From positions 4,435-68,434 of the forward strand of contig JAUQWV010000002.1 in the NCBI GenBank assembly GCA_030834985.1: a stretch of DNA of 64,000 bases, read 5' to 3'. This document shows, piece by piece, positions 1 through 9,083 of this stretch (the stretch's first letter is position 1; every line of letters begins with the position of its first letter). The stretch is from Candidatus Dojkabacteria bacterium. Its GTDB lineage: Bacteria; Patescibacteriota; Dojkabacteria; J137. The position numbers and the translations under genes were made by a program. Under the pieces are notes generated by a model. The model searched no databases and had not been told where the DNA came from. It saw only the letters and a list, made by a program, of their open reading frames with translations.

Positions 1-2
1 AT

Positions 3-2381
3 TTTGCAGATGCTGATTATAGAGGTACAACATGGCTAGAAACAAGCAATACTGCTTATTACTTATACATTGCAGCTGTTGATAATGCTGGTAACATTAC
101 AGATGAACCGTTAGTATCTTTTAATTTCAGATTTGATAACGGTCTTCCTACTAATGTTGCTTATTTATCTTGTGCTGCTGCAATTTTTGCAAGTGTTGCA
201 GATATGAATTTTTCGTGGCCTATAGAAGGGGCGGTATCTTCAAGTGATTCTAGTCCTGGAGCCGGTCTTTTAGGTTGGCAATATCAAATCAACTCGATAG
301 CTGGTCCTTGGCTTGGAACAGCTGAAGATACTGCATTAGGCATTGGTAGTTATATTCCTCTTAATGAGTCTTCTAGAACATTAACTCAAGATCAAGATGG
401 TGAGGCAATTGATATAGGCGATAATATTGTTTACTTTAGAACTGTTGATGCAGCTGGTAATGTATCATCTGAAGCTACAATACGAACCTGTAAATTAGCT
501 TTTGGCGGTGCTGCTCCAACATTTGGAGGTGCCGACAGTGTAACTGTTACACCATCTATATCGGAATCGAATAGCTTTGCTTTAAGCTGGCCCGAAGCTA
601 CACCTTCGTTTGATAGAACAATCCAGAAATACTACTATATGGTAAATGCAGCGCCGCCTTCAATATTAAGTACCTTACAAACTAATCCTGTAACATACAT
701 AGATAATGGCAATAATTTAACTGTAAGTGCAACATCATTACCAAATGTCAATAAAGGTACGAATACAGTTTATGTTGTTGCAATAGATGACAATAATAAT
801 TATTCGCCGTCTAACTATATTACTGGAACATTTACATTAGATTCTAATGATCCTGATAATGTAGGCAGCCTAACAGCATCTGATTCATCAATTAAAGCCG
901 AAAGCAGGTGGATGGTAACGTTAACTTGGTTACTTCCTGTTTACCAAGGAGCAGGTAATTTAACTTATATAGTACTGCGTTCAGAAAACGGAACAGATTT
1001 TACTGAAGTTGGCACATCAACAGGCTTATCGTATGTAGATTTAACCCCGGAATCAAAAATATATTATTACAAAGTAATTACTAAAGATGGAGCTAATTCT
1101 TTAAGTTCGGGAACGAATGCAGTAAGCATATTACCGACAGGTAGATTTGTAGAACCTGCTCCATTAGAAAGTGAACCGGTTGCAATAAATATAACCGCTA
1201 AAAAAGCAGAAATTCAATGGTCAACTAGTAGGCCTTCTGATTCAAAAATTGCAAATGGTACTGAAAGTGGAAATTATCATCCTGAAGAGACAGCTAATTC
1301 TGAGCAAAAAACCTTTCACTCAATTAATCTACAAGGATTAAATCCCGATACTACATACTATTATAGAGCAAAATGGACTGATGGAGACGGTAATACAGGT
1401 ATATCAGAAGAAAAAACATTTACAACAGCTCCGCCGCCTTTTATAAAAGATGTTGTGGTAAGTAGCGTGAATTTAAGTAGTGCCGTAATAAAATTTACTT
1501 CTGTTGGCGCATCTAAAGTAAAAGTATATTATGGAACAACAACTGCATTTGGAGGTGTTGTTGAAACTGGTACTTCTATAGCAGAAACTATTTACTTTAC
1601 TCAATTAACAGGTTTATCCGATGGAACAAAGTACTTTTATAGAATTAATGTTTTAGACGAAGAAAATGCCGAGTACTCAGGTACAATTTTAGATTTTACA
1701 ACACCTCCAAGACCAAATATTAGTAATTTAAGACTACAGCAGGTGCAAGATACTGCAGAATCAACAGTGTTAGTTACATTCGAAACAAATACTGCAACGT
1801 CTTCAATAGTATCTTATTATCCGCAGTCTGATCCTTCTGATGTAAAAGAAGTGGTAAGAACAGAATACGTTGGAGGCGAACAGAGCATGCAAGTAGGAGG
1901 TCTTTTACCGAATACTAATTATATGCTAACTGTTAAAGCTAGGGACTCTTTTGGTAATGAAGTGTCAAGTAACTTACAACGTTTTACTACCGCTACAGAT
2001 ACAAGACCGCCTAAGATATCTGATTTAAGAGTGGAAACTACGATTGTGCAGGGTGCTAATACATCTACTGATACATCAGCACAGATAATTATAAGCTGGA
2101 CAACAGATGAGCCTGCAACTTCCCAAGTGGAATTTGGAGAAGGTACCGGAACAGCTTACACTCAAAAAACGCAGGAAGATTTAAATTTGGTTTTAAATCA
2201 CACAGTGATTATTTCAAATCTATCGCCAGCCAAAGTTTATCATGTAAGAGCTATTTCTAAAGATGAAGCAAATAATTCAGCGTTTTCTGTAGATATGGCA
2301 ACTATTACGCCAAAGGCATCAGACAATATTTTGGAAATTATAATTAGGAGTTTATTACAGTTATTTCAGTTTGGAACCTAG
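3..2381 (+). CDS. Large surface protein with multiple fibronectin type III / Ig-like domains; 5'-truncated by the window edge
   Basis: The frame of ORF 204..2381 is open back to position 3 (FADADYRGTTW...). Repeated FN3 patterns (AEIQWSTSRP, GLNPDTTYYYR, GLSDGTKYFYRI, NLSPAKVYHVR). C-terminal amphipathic helix ILEIIIRSLLQLFQF. Confidence 0.85.
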   Translation, partial: FADADYRGTTWLETSNTAYYLYIAAVDNAGNITDEPLVSFNFRFDNGLPTNVAYLSCAAAIFASVADMNFSWPIEGAVSSSDSSPGAGLLGWQYQINSIAGPWLGTAEDTALGIGSYIPLNESSRTLTQDQDGEAIDIGDNIVYFRTVDAAGNVSSEATIRTCKLAFGGAAPTFGGADSVTVTPSISESNSFALSWPEATPSFDRTIQKYYYMVNAAPPSILSTLQTNPVTYIDNGNNLTVSATSLPNVNKGTNTVYVVAIDDNNNYSPSNYITGTFTLDSNDPDNVGSLTASDSSIKAESRWMVTLTWLLPVYQGAGNLTYIVLRSENGTDFTEVGTSTGLSYVDLTPESKIYYYKVITKDGANSLSSGTNAVSILPTGRFVEPAPLESEPVAINITAKKAEIQWSTSRPSDSKIANGTESGNYHPEETANSEQKTFHSINLQGLNPDTTYYYRAKWTDGDGNTGISEEKTFTTAPPPFIKDVVVSSVNLSSAVIKFTSVGASKVKVYYGTTTAFGGVVETGTSIAETIYFTQLTGLSDGTKYFYRINVLDEENAEYSGTILDFTTPPRPNISNLRLQQVQDTAESTVLVTFETNTATSSIVSYYPQSDPSDVKEVVRTEYVGGEQSMQVGGLLPNTNYMLTVKARDSFGNEVSSNLQRFTTATDTRPPKISDLRVETTIVQGANTSTDTSAQIIISWTTDEPATSQVEFGEGTGTAYTQKTQEDLNLVLNHTVIISNLSPAKVYHVRAISKDEANNSAFSVDMATITPKASDNILEIIIRSLLQLFQFGT

Positions 2382-2387
2382 TAATTT

Positions 2388-3179
2388 ATGAAAAGTATAA
2401 TCAAGATTAAAAATGTATCAAAAACGTTCTACACTAAAGTTCAGGAAATACACGTACTTAAAAATATTGATTTTGAAATTGCAGATGAAGATTTCTTGAT
2501 TATTTTTGGTAAATCAGGTTGCGGTAAATCAACTCTTTTACACATTTTGCTTGGTTTAGAAGTTCCAACTGCTGGTAATGTTGAGTTCTTAGGAGAATAT
2601 TTGTATCCGAACTCTGCTGATATAAATAACTCATTAGTGAATGATGATCAAAGGGGTGAGTTACGTAAAAAATATATAGGTATGGTTTATCAACAACCAT
2701 ACTGGATAAAATCTTTAAGTGTTGTAGAAAATGTTGCAGTACCACTTGCTTTAAGTGGTGTTAGCGAAAGTAAAAGACTTAAAACAGCAGAGCAATTGCT
2801 TGAGCAACTTGGTCTTTTGGAGTGGGCTGCTCTTAGCCCAAAAGAGCTTTCTAGCGGACAGCAGCAGATAGCTGCTTTGGCAAGAGCATTGGCAACAGAC
2901 CCTAAAATAATAATTGCTGATGAACCAACGGGTAACTTAGATTATGAATCTGGTCAGAAACTTATTGAGCTGCTGTCCGAACTGAACACTAAACATAAAA
3001 AGACAGTAATAATGGTTACGCATGATCTTGAATATCTACCTTACGGTAAAACAGTAGTAAAAATGTTTAATGGCGAAATTTTAAATACATCTATTTATAA
3101 AGATGAAGAAAAGAAAAAACTTATTGAAAAAATAAGGCAACAAAGAGAGCAGGATCAAAAAGATATTATTGATTTATAA
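2388..3179 (+). CDS. ABC transporter ATP-binding protein, LolD/MacB family
   Basis: Walker A GKSGCGKST, signature LSSGQQQ, Walker B IIADEPTGNLD, H-loop VTHD. Confidence 0.93.
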   Translation: MKSIIKIKNVSKTFYTKVQEIHVLKNIDFEIADEDFLIIFGKSGCGKSTLLHILLGLEVPTAGNVEFLGEYLYPNSADINNSLVNDDQRGELRKKYIGMVYQQPYWIKSLSVVENVAVPLALSGVSESKRLKTAEQLLEQLGLLEWAALSPKELSSGQQQIAALARALATDPKIIIADEPTGNLDYESGQKLIELLSELNTKHKKTVIMVTHDLEYLPYGKTVVKMFNGEILNTSIYKDEEKKKLIEKIRQQREQDQKDIIDL

Positions 3180-4722
3180 ACTGTTAAGAAGTATGGAAAC
3201 AATAAAAGCAATATTAAAAGATGTGGTAAATAGTATTTTATATACTGTTTTTTTAACAATTTACTTAATCTCTAAACTTTTACAGTTAATCTTTGGTATA
3301 AGAATTTTTCCGCCAATTTTAAAGCAATGGTTAAAATCTGCTACTACTTATATATTAAACAGTTTAAATACCTTATTCCCTAGTGGTGAAAATGTAAAAA
3401 GACTAGATTTAGTAGAAATGTCGCTTAAAACTTTAGTATTTAAAAGAGTTAGAACAATTGTAACTGTAGGAGGGATGGCTATTGGTATTGGCGTAATAGT
3501 TCTTTTAGTTTCTATCGGCTATGGTTTGCAAGATTTTGTTATCTCTCAGGTGGCTACTTTTGAAGCAATGAAACATATTGATGTTACACCACAAATCGGA
3601 CAGAAAGTTAGTCTTAACAGCAAATCTTTAGAAAATATTAAAGAGATAGAAGAGATTAATCAGGTTTTTCCAATTTATGCAGTAATTGCACAAGTAAGTT
3701 ACGCAGGTTCAGTATCTACTGTAGCAGCTTATGGAATAGATTCAGAATATTTAGTTACGTCTGAAATTGATCCAGTACAAGGTCAGCTTTTTGAAAATCG
3801 TCCCGGTTTGGAATCTAACTCAAAAAATAGAGTTCTAGGTATCGAAATAGAAGAAGATGCAGTACTTGAAACGGTATCTATTTCAGAAGAAGTAGATGAA
3901 CCGGTAGCCACAAAAGTACTTACACTAGGTGAAAATATACAAAATGAAATTGTAGTAAATACCGAAATGCTAAAACTTTTAGGGATTGGTGAGGGTAATA
4001 TTATAGATAAAAATATTAAGGTGATTTTTAGAATACCGTCAGAGTTATTATCTGAAAATGAAAAGCTAGAAACAGAGACAGTAGAGTATAGGATTGTTGG
4101 GTTAATTGAAGAAGGATCTACTCCAATCTTTTATTTCCCAATTGAAAATTTAAATAATCTACAGTTACAGAATTATTCATCTTTAAGAGTAATTGTTTCT
4201 AATGTGTCAGATGTTGTACAAATCCGAGAAAAGATAAATGCAATGGGTTTTGCTACTGGGTCAGTTGTAGATACAGTAAATCAAATCCAAATTCTTTTTG
4301 ATAATATTAGAGTATTTTTAACTTTGCTAGGAATGGTAGCCTTGCTTGTTGCTTCGTTAGGTGTATTTAATACACTAACTGTTTCCTTATTAGAAAGAAC
4401 AAAAGAAGTTGGTTTATTAAAAGCAATGGGAATGAATTCTTTAGAAATACAGCAGCTGTTTTTAACTGAAAGTTTACTCTTAGCACTTACAGGATGTTTT
4501 TTAGGAATAGGTATTGGAATAGTTGTGGGTAAAATATTAAGCGCTTTATTGTCTTTAGTTGTTTTACCAAAAGGCATGGGCTGGCTTGATATATCACATG
4601 TGCCACCTTCATTAGTGTTGCTTGTGATTTTTTTATCTTTACTTGTTGGTTTAGCTACGGGTATTTATCCTGCACAAAGAGCCAAAAAGATTTCTGCTTT
4701 AGATGCACTAAGGTATGAATAA
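3169..4722 (+). CDS. ABC transporter permease, MacB/FtsX family (start may be ATG 3193)
   Basis: RTIVTVGGMAIGIG TM1, large extracytoplasmic domain, SLLERTKEVGLLKAMG, C-terminal PAQRAKKISALDALRYE. Confidence 0.92.
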   Translation: MIYKLLRSMETIKAILKDVVNSILYTVFLTIYLISKLLQLIFGIRIFPPILKQWLKSATTYILNSLNTLFPSGENVKRLDLVEMSLKTLVFKRVRTIVTVGGMAIGIGVIVLLVSIGYGLQDFVISQVATFEAMKHIDVTPQIGQKVSLNSKSLENIKEIEEINQVFPIYAVIAQVSYAGSVSTVAAYGIDSEYLVTSEIDPVQGQLFENRPGLESNSKNRVLGIEIEEDAVLETVSISEEVDEPVATKVLTLGENIQNEIVVNTEMLKLLGIGEGNIIDKNIKVIFRIPSELLSENEKLETETVEYRIVGLIEEGSTPIFYFPIENLNNLQLQNYSSLRVIVSNVSDVVQIREKINAMGFATGSVVDTVNQIQILFDNIRVFLTLLGMVALLVASLGVFNTLTVSLLERTKEVGLLKAMGMNSLEIQQLFLTESLLLALTGCFLGIGIGIVVGKILSALLSLVVLPKGMGWLDISHVPPSLVLLVIFLSLLVGLATGIYPAQRAKKISALDALRYE

Positions 4723-4782
4723 AAAGCGTATTGACTTTAACCTTTAAGTTTTGTTTAATAGCTTTAAAGGAATTTCTTTAAA

Positions 4783-5880
4783 TTGATAAGAAAAATGGTC
4801 AAACGCTTTACAAAACTTCGCATATATTTTTTGTGTCTAGTGCTTGTATTCGGTTTTGGAATAGAATTTAGTAATCTATTCTCAAATAGATTAAGCGCAG
4901 CTACATTTGCAAAATTTAGTATTAAACCCTCTCGGGTAGAGGCAAGTATTACAGATGTTAACTTTTTAATTAAGGTTGAACCTACTACCGCTGACACCGA
5001 AGATGAGGTTACAGTTACCTTTGATGCAGGCTATACAGTAGATTCTACAGCTTCAAATATAACTGTAAGTACAAGTGGTATTCTTGATTGGGATTCTGAA
5101 TGTGCTAATGCATGGCCAGGTATTGGTTCCCAGGCAACTGGAGTATCATCACAGGCCGTTACTTTTGCATCTAGTGACTTAACAGTTGGCCAAGTTTACT
5201 GTTTTATAATTACAGGTGGTGTTGATAATCCGGCTTCACTTGGTAACTATGTAATTTCGGTAGAAACCTTTGATACGTCAGCTTCGGTAGATATGGGAAT
5301 AATGTCTTTACCGATTATTGATGATGACTCTGTTGTTATAACTGCAAGTGTTGCACCTTTTGTAAGATGCGATGTTGGTACTACAAATGGATTTAGTGAT
5401 AATGCTATTGATTTAGGTGTTTTAAGATACGGTACAGTTACATCTTCAACTGAAGATATTAGAATCGGTTTAGGAACAAATACAGTAAGTGGAGCAGAGG
5501 TTTCGTATACAAGTGAAAACGGAGGCTTATCTTCAATATTGGGATCTTACACTTTAACAGGCGCTGATGCAGAAGATACCTTATCGGCAACTACTTTAAG
5601 TTGTTCAGGAACTGATCCATGTTTTGGTATTTATGCTAGTGGAGTTTCATCTGCTTCAACAGGTTCAATTGCAGCAAATACCAACTTTACAGGATTAACA
5701 GCTACAACAGCAGTGGGACCAATTACAACTGATGCGTATGGTGTTCCTATCGCTTCTTCTACCGGTGCCTTATCAAATGGCGTTATAGAATATAATGTAA
5801 ATGCAACTGCTTCTGAAGAGGCTCCTGCAGCAGTAGATTATACAGATACACTAACATTTACTTGCAAAGCTAATTTGTAA
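4783..5880 (+). CDS. Secreted beta-rich protein with WxL-like/pilin-like C-terminal domain (start may be ATG 4795)
   Basis: N-terminal hydrophobic signal; S/T-rich; IDLGVL motif; C-terminus YTDTLTFTC resembles the WxL terminal strand. Confidence 0.6.
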   Translation: MIRKMVKRFTKLRIYFLCLVLVFGFGIEFSNLFSNRLSAATFAKFSIKPSRVEASITDVNFLIKVEPTTADTEDEVTVTFDAGYTVDSTASNITVSTSGILDWDSECANAWPGIGSQATGVSSQAVTFASSDLTVGQVYCFIITGGVDNPASLGNYVISVETFDTSASVDMGIMSLPIIDDDSVVITASVAPFVRCDVGTTNGFSDNAIDLGVLRYGTVTSSTEDIRIGLGTNTVSGAEVSYTSENGGLSSILGSYTLTGADAEDTLSATTLSCSGTDPCFGIYASGVSSASTGSIAANTNFTGLTATTAVGPITTDAYGVPIASSTGALSNGVIEYNVNATASEEAPAAVDYTDTLTFTCKANL

Positions 5881-5897
5881 GGTGTTAATCTTTTTTT

Positions 5898-6947
5898 GTG
5901 CGAACAATTCAGACTACAATATTACTCATAGTTGGTGCAATTAGTATATTTACTTTTGTTGCAGTACAAAGTGTTAAAGCACAGCAAACTGGAGTAATAG
6001 TTTCTCCGCCTGTGCTCAATCAAAATCTTACTGGCGGCACCACCTACGATGAGATCATTCATGTATCTAATTTTAAATTAACTGATAATCAGTTTTATAT
6101 AACTACCCGCGATATGATGATTGATGAAAGAGGTAACTTTATATCAGTTACATATCCCGATGGTGATAATAGATCTGAATTTGAAAAGAAAGGATGGTTA
6201 ACAATATCGCCTAATGAATTCTTTTTGAGTTCGGGTGACTCCACAACTTTTACAGCTCACTTTGATTTACCAACTGATTTTCCTACCCAAGGCTATTATT
6301 TTGAAATTGTGATTTCTACTCAAAAGCCAGATTCTCAAGATGGTGTTGTAGGGCTTGTAACAGAAATTGTGTTACCTGTTGGTATAAACTACTTAGGTAA
6401 GGATGATATTAGAAGATTTATTGCGATTGCAGAATTCGAAGCTGCTAACGAATTTGGTGTTTCAAGCTGGTTATATGAATATCCACCAGTTGAATTTAAA
6501 ACTCTTTTACAAAATATTGGTAACGTAAATATTATTCCAACAGGCGAGATTTTTATTTCGCGTGATGAAAATTTTTCTAATGTTGTAACAACTATTCCAT
6601 TTAATCAGAATGGGCTCACAATCTTTAATGGTTCTTTTAGAGAATTTAAAAATGTTTGGGATGGAGGATTTTTAACATTAGATGAAAATAATAGATTAAG
6701 TGTTAATTTTGATAAGATAGATGATTTTCGGTTTGGCCGATACTTTGCTCAATTAAATGTGGTGTGGGACGGCCAAACCGGCAAAGAGTTCGAAAGAAGA
6801 GTAGTAACATTCTGGATTATTCCTTGGAAGCTAATACTTTTAATTCTTGCTATTGTAGTTATAATCACTTATATAATTATTAGAATAAGACGCAAAAAGA
6901 AAAAAAGTGCAGCAATTAATAATAAACAAAAAAATTTAAATGTCTAA
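5898..6947 (+). CDS. WxL-interacting-type (DUF916/DUF3324-like) membrane-anchored protein
   Basis: Signal peptide, VSPP, W-x-x-I-x-P, NIGNVNIIPTGEI, FGRYFAQL, FWIIPW followed by TM and basic tail. Confidence 0.7.
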   Translation: MRTIQTTILLIVGAISIFTFVAVQSVKAQQTGVIVSPPVLNQNLTGGTTYDEIIHVSNFKLTDNQFYITTRDMMIDERGNFISVTYPDGDNRSEFEKKGWLTISPNEFFLSSGDSTTFTAHFDLPTDFPTQGYYFEIVISTQKPDSQDGVVGLVTEIVLPVGINYLGKDDIRRFIAIAEFEAANEFGVSSWLYEYPPVEFKTLLQNIGNVNIIPTGEIFISRDENFSNVVTTIPFNQNGLTIFNGSFREFKNVWDGGFLTLDENNRLSVNFDKIDDFRFGRYFAQLNVVWDGQTGKEFERRVVTFWIIPWKLILLILAIVVIITYIIIRIRRKKKKSAAINNKQKNLNV

Positions 6948-7794
6948 TGCATTAACATTTCAACCATCTATTTATGAACTAACACTTAATTCAGAAGAAA
7001 GTGTTAACTTAACAGGTGCTGTTACAAATAATACAAATAAAGATATTACATTTAAAATTTATAATAAAAATGTAAATATTGATTCTGTTGCTAATGGAAA
7101 GTTTGATGTAGTAGATTATGCGCAATTTACGCCGGCCGACTGGATTAAGCTTAATCAAACTGAAATAACAGTAGGAGCAGCTCAAACAAAAGATTTCAGT
7201 TTTACAGTTACGTTGCCCAGATCGGCCGAAATAAGAGATTATTATCCGCTACTTATTTTAGAAAATTATGATTCATCGAATGCTTCTAATGTAGGTGTAA
7301 ATTTTAATATTGCAGTACCTGTATTAGTGAATGTTGCTGATCAACTACAAAGCACAAGAGATTTTATTAAAATTGGTAACTTTGAAAGTGCAAATAGTTT
7401 AGTAACAGATTTAAATTTGAATTTGTCTTTTAGTATTAATAATTTAAGTAAAAATTTTATTAAGCCAACCGGAATTATAAAGATTTATAACAGCGAAAAC
7501 GAATTATTGGGCAACTTACCAAGGGTAAACAATAATTTTAAAACTATGCTGCCTGGACAAAGCTTAAGTGAAAATATTGTTTGGAACGGCGCAGACAATT
7601 CGTTTTCGCTCATTCCTAAATTCGGCAACTATAAAGCAGTGCTGGAAGTTTACACCAGTGCAGGCAGTAATCCTGTAGTAATGGAATCAACATTTTTTGT
7701 TTTGCCGATCTATCATATATTGGGATTAATAACTTTATTAGTTTTAGCAGCAGTATTGGCTTTTAGATTTAAAAGAAAGTCAGCTCGTTCTTAA
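6940..7794 (+). CDS. Second DUF916/DUF3324-like membrane-anchored protein, paralog of 5898..6947
   Basis: Same motif order (DWIKL, IKPTGII, FGNYKAVL, FFVLP, TM, basic tail). No obvious signal peptide. 8-nt overlap with the upstream gene. Confidence 0.65.
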   Translation: MSNALTFQPSIYELTLNSEESVNLTGAVTNNTNKDITFKIYNKNVNIDSVANGKFDVVDYAQFTPADWIKLNQTEITVGAAQTKDFSFTVTLPRSAEIRDYYPLLILENYDSSNASNVGVNFNIAVPVLVNVADQLQSTRDFIKIGNFESANSLVTDLNLNLSFSINNLSKNFIKPTGIIKIYNSENELLGNLPRVNNNFKTMLPGQSLSENIVWNGADNSFSLIPKFGNYKAVLEVYTSAGSNPVVMESTFFVLPIYHILGLITLLVLAAVLAFRFKRKSARS

Positions 7795-8972
7795 AGCTTA
7801 CCCTGAACTGTAAAGATAATAGTTTCTGAATAATCGCTGGCGCTTAAAGTACTTTCATCCATTTTAGCTTTTATATAAAAAGCAGCTCTACCTTCAAAAA
7901 TAGGCTCTCCGGAAGTATTTAAAATTTCTACGCCTCCTGGATTAGATGTAACAGCTCCAACTGTGTTACCTGCTTGATTAAAATTAGTTGTAGCAATTAA
8001 AGGACCTAAAAAAGTTTCTGATATATTAAAATTTTGTAAACCATAACCAAAAACATTATCTAAGTTATCATTTACCGCTAGGATTGTATAATCCACTGAT
8101 GCGCTATAAAGGCCATCGTTAATGCTTGTTCCAAATATAGAAGCACCTGAAGTCATATTTGTTCCAAGATCAAACCAGATTAAATCAGATGCTGTAGTCA
8201 CACTGTTATAAGTTAGTGTTCCTAAGTCTATTAAATAAGGAGAACTTGTTTCGGCTGTACTACCTGCTGTATCTGAAAGATCAATATCAAAAATGATTTG
8301 TGGATATGCAGTAGTTGCACTTTGTGCACTGCCTGGAATACTTTCAGTAAAATCACCGTGCAGTGCTGTAATTCTTATATAATATGTTGTGTTAGGTGTT
8401 AAACTTAAAATATTGAATATTGGATTTTCCCATGAACTTTGAGTTAAATAATCATTAATATCGTGAGTAGCTTCTTCTTCAATTAAAAAAGTTGCACCAT
8501 CTATATACTGCCAGCTATTCCAATTAGAATCAGTAGTTATTTGTACACTATATAAAGTATCTGTAGGATTACTTTGTGGATCAATTTCAAATCTTGCTTT
8601 ATTAAAACATCCTCCTTGTCCACACACTTGTATCATACCGTTTACAATTGAAGGATTATTACAACCTGAGGATCCGCTTGTAGTAGTTTCAAAACAATGC
8701 ACTAACGGAACATTTGCCTGCCATGTATTTACAGCTCCGACTCCTATTCTGTAATGCTCAGAATTAAATCGTATATCGTTTAATATAGTATCTCCTGTTA
8801 AAAGTAGTTTGGAATTTGTTCCTTCTAGATTATTTGAACCTGTTGTTGAAAATGAAAAATCAAGAATTTTTAAATTGTTTGAATCAATATCTTCAGCGTA
8901 TGTGTTTACTGAAAATATTAAACTTACAAATAAAAGTGTAAATAAAATTTTTAAATTAAAATGTTTCTTCAT
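7791..8972 (-). CDS. Secreted protein with FN3-like domain and WxL-like C-terminal domain
   Basis: Signal peptide; LTPNTTYYIRITA (FN3); IDLGTL and YSETIIFTV match the motifs of 4783..5880. Confidence 0.6.
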   Translation of the reverse strand: MKKHFNLKILFTLLFVSLIFSVNTYAEDIDSNNLKILDFSFSTTGSNNLEGTNSKLLLTGDTILNDIRFNSEHYRIGVGAVNTWQANVPLVHCFETTTSGSSGCNNPSIVNGMIQVCGQGGCFNKARFEIDPQSNPTDTLYSVQITTDSNWNSWQYIDGATFLIEEEATHDINDYLTQSSWENPIFNILSLTPNTTYYIRITALHGDFTESIPGSAQSATTAYPQIIFDIDLSDTAGSTAETSSPYLIDLGTLTYNSVTTASDLIWFDLGTNMTSGASIFGTSINDGLYSASVDYTILAVNDNLDNVFGYGLQNFNISETFLGPLIATTNFNQAGNTVGAVTSNPGGVEILNTSGEPIFEGRAAFYIKAKMDESTLSASDYSETIIFTVQGKL

Positions 8973-8980
8973 TTAAAAAC

Positions 8981-9056
8981 ATTCTAAGTGTTTATAAGTT
9001 TTGAAGTCAATCAAACCTTATAAATTATTGACACCAATATTTAATTTCTATAAGCT
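8981..9056. promoter_or_regulatory. Divergent sigma70-type promoters
   Basis: Plus strand: TTGACA 9028-9033, 17 nt, TAAGCT 9051-9056. Minus strand: TTGACT 9010-9005, 18 nt, TAGAAT 8986-8981. Confidence 0.5.
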
Positions 9057-9083
9057 AGTTAGTGAATACTCATTAACGAAAAC

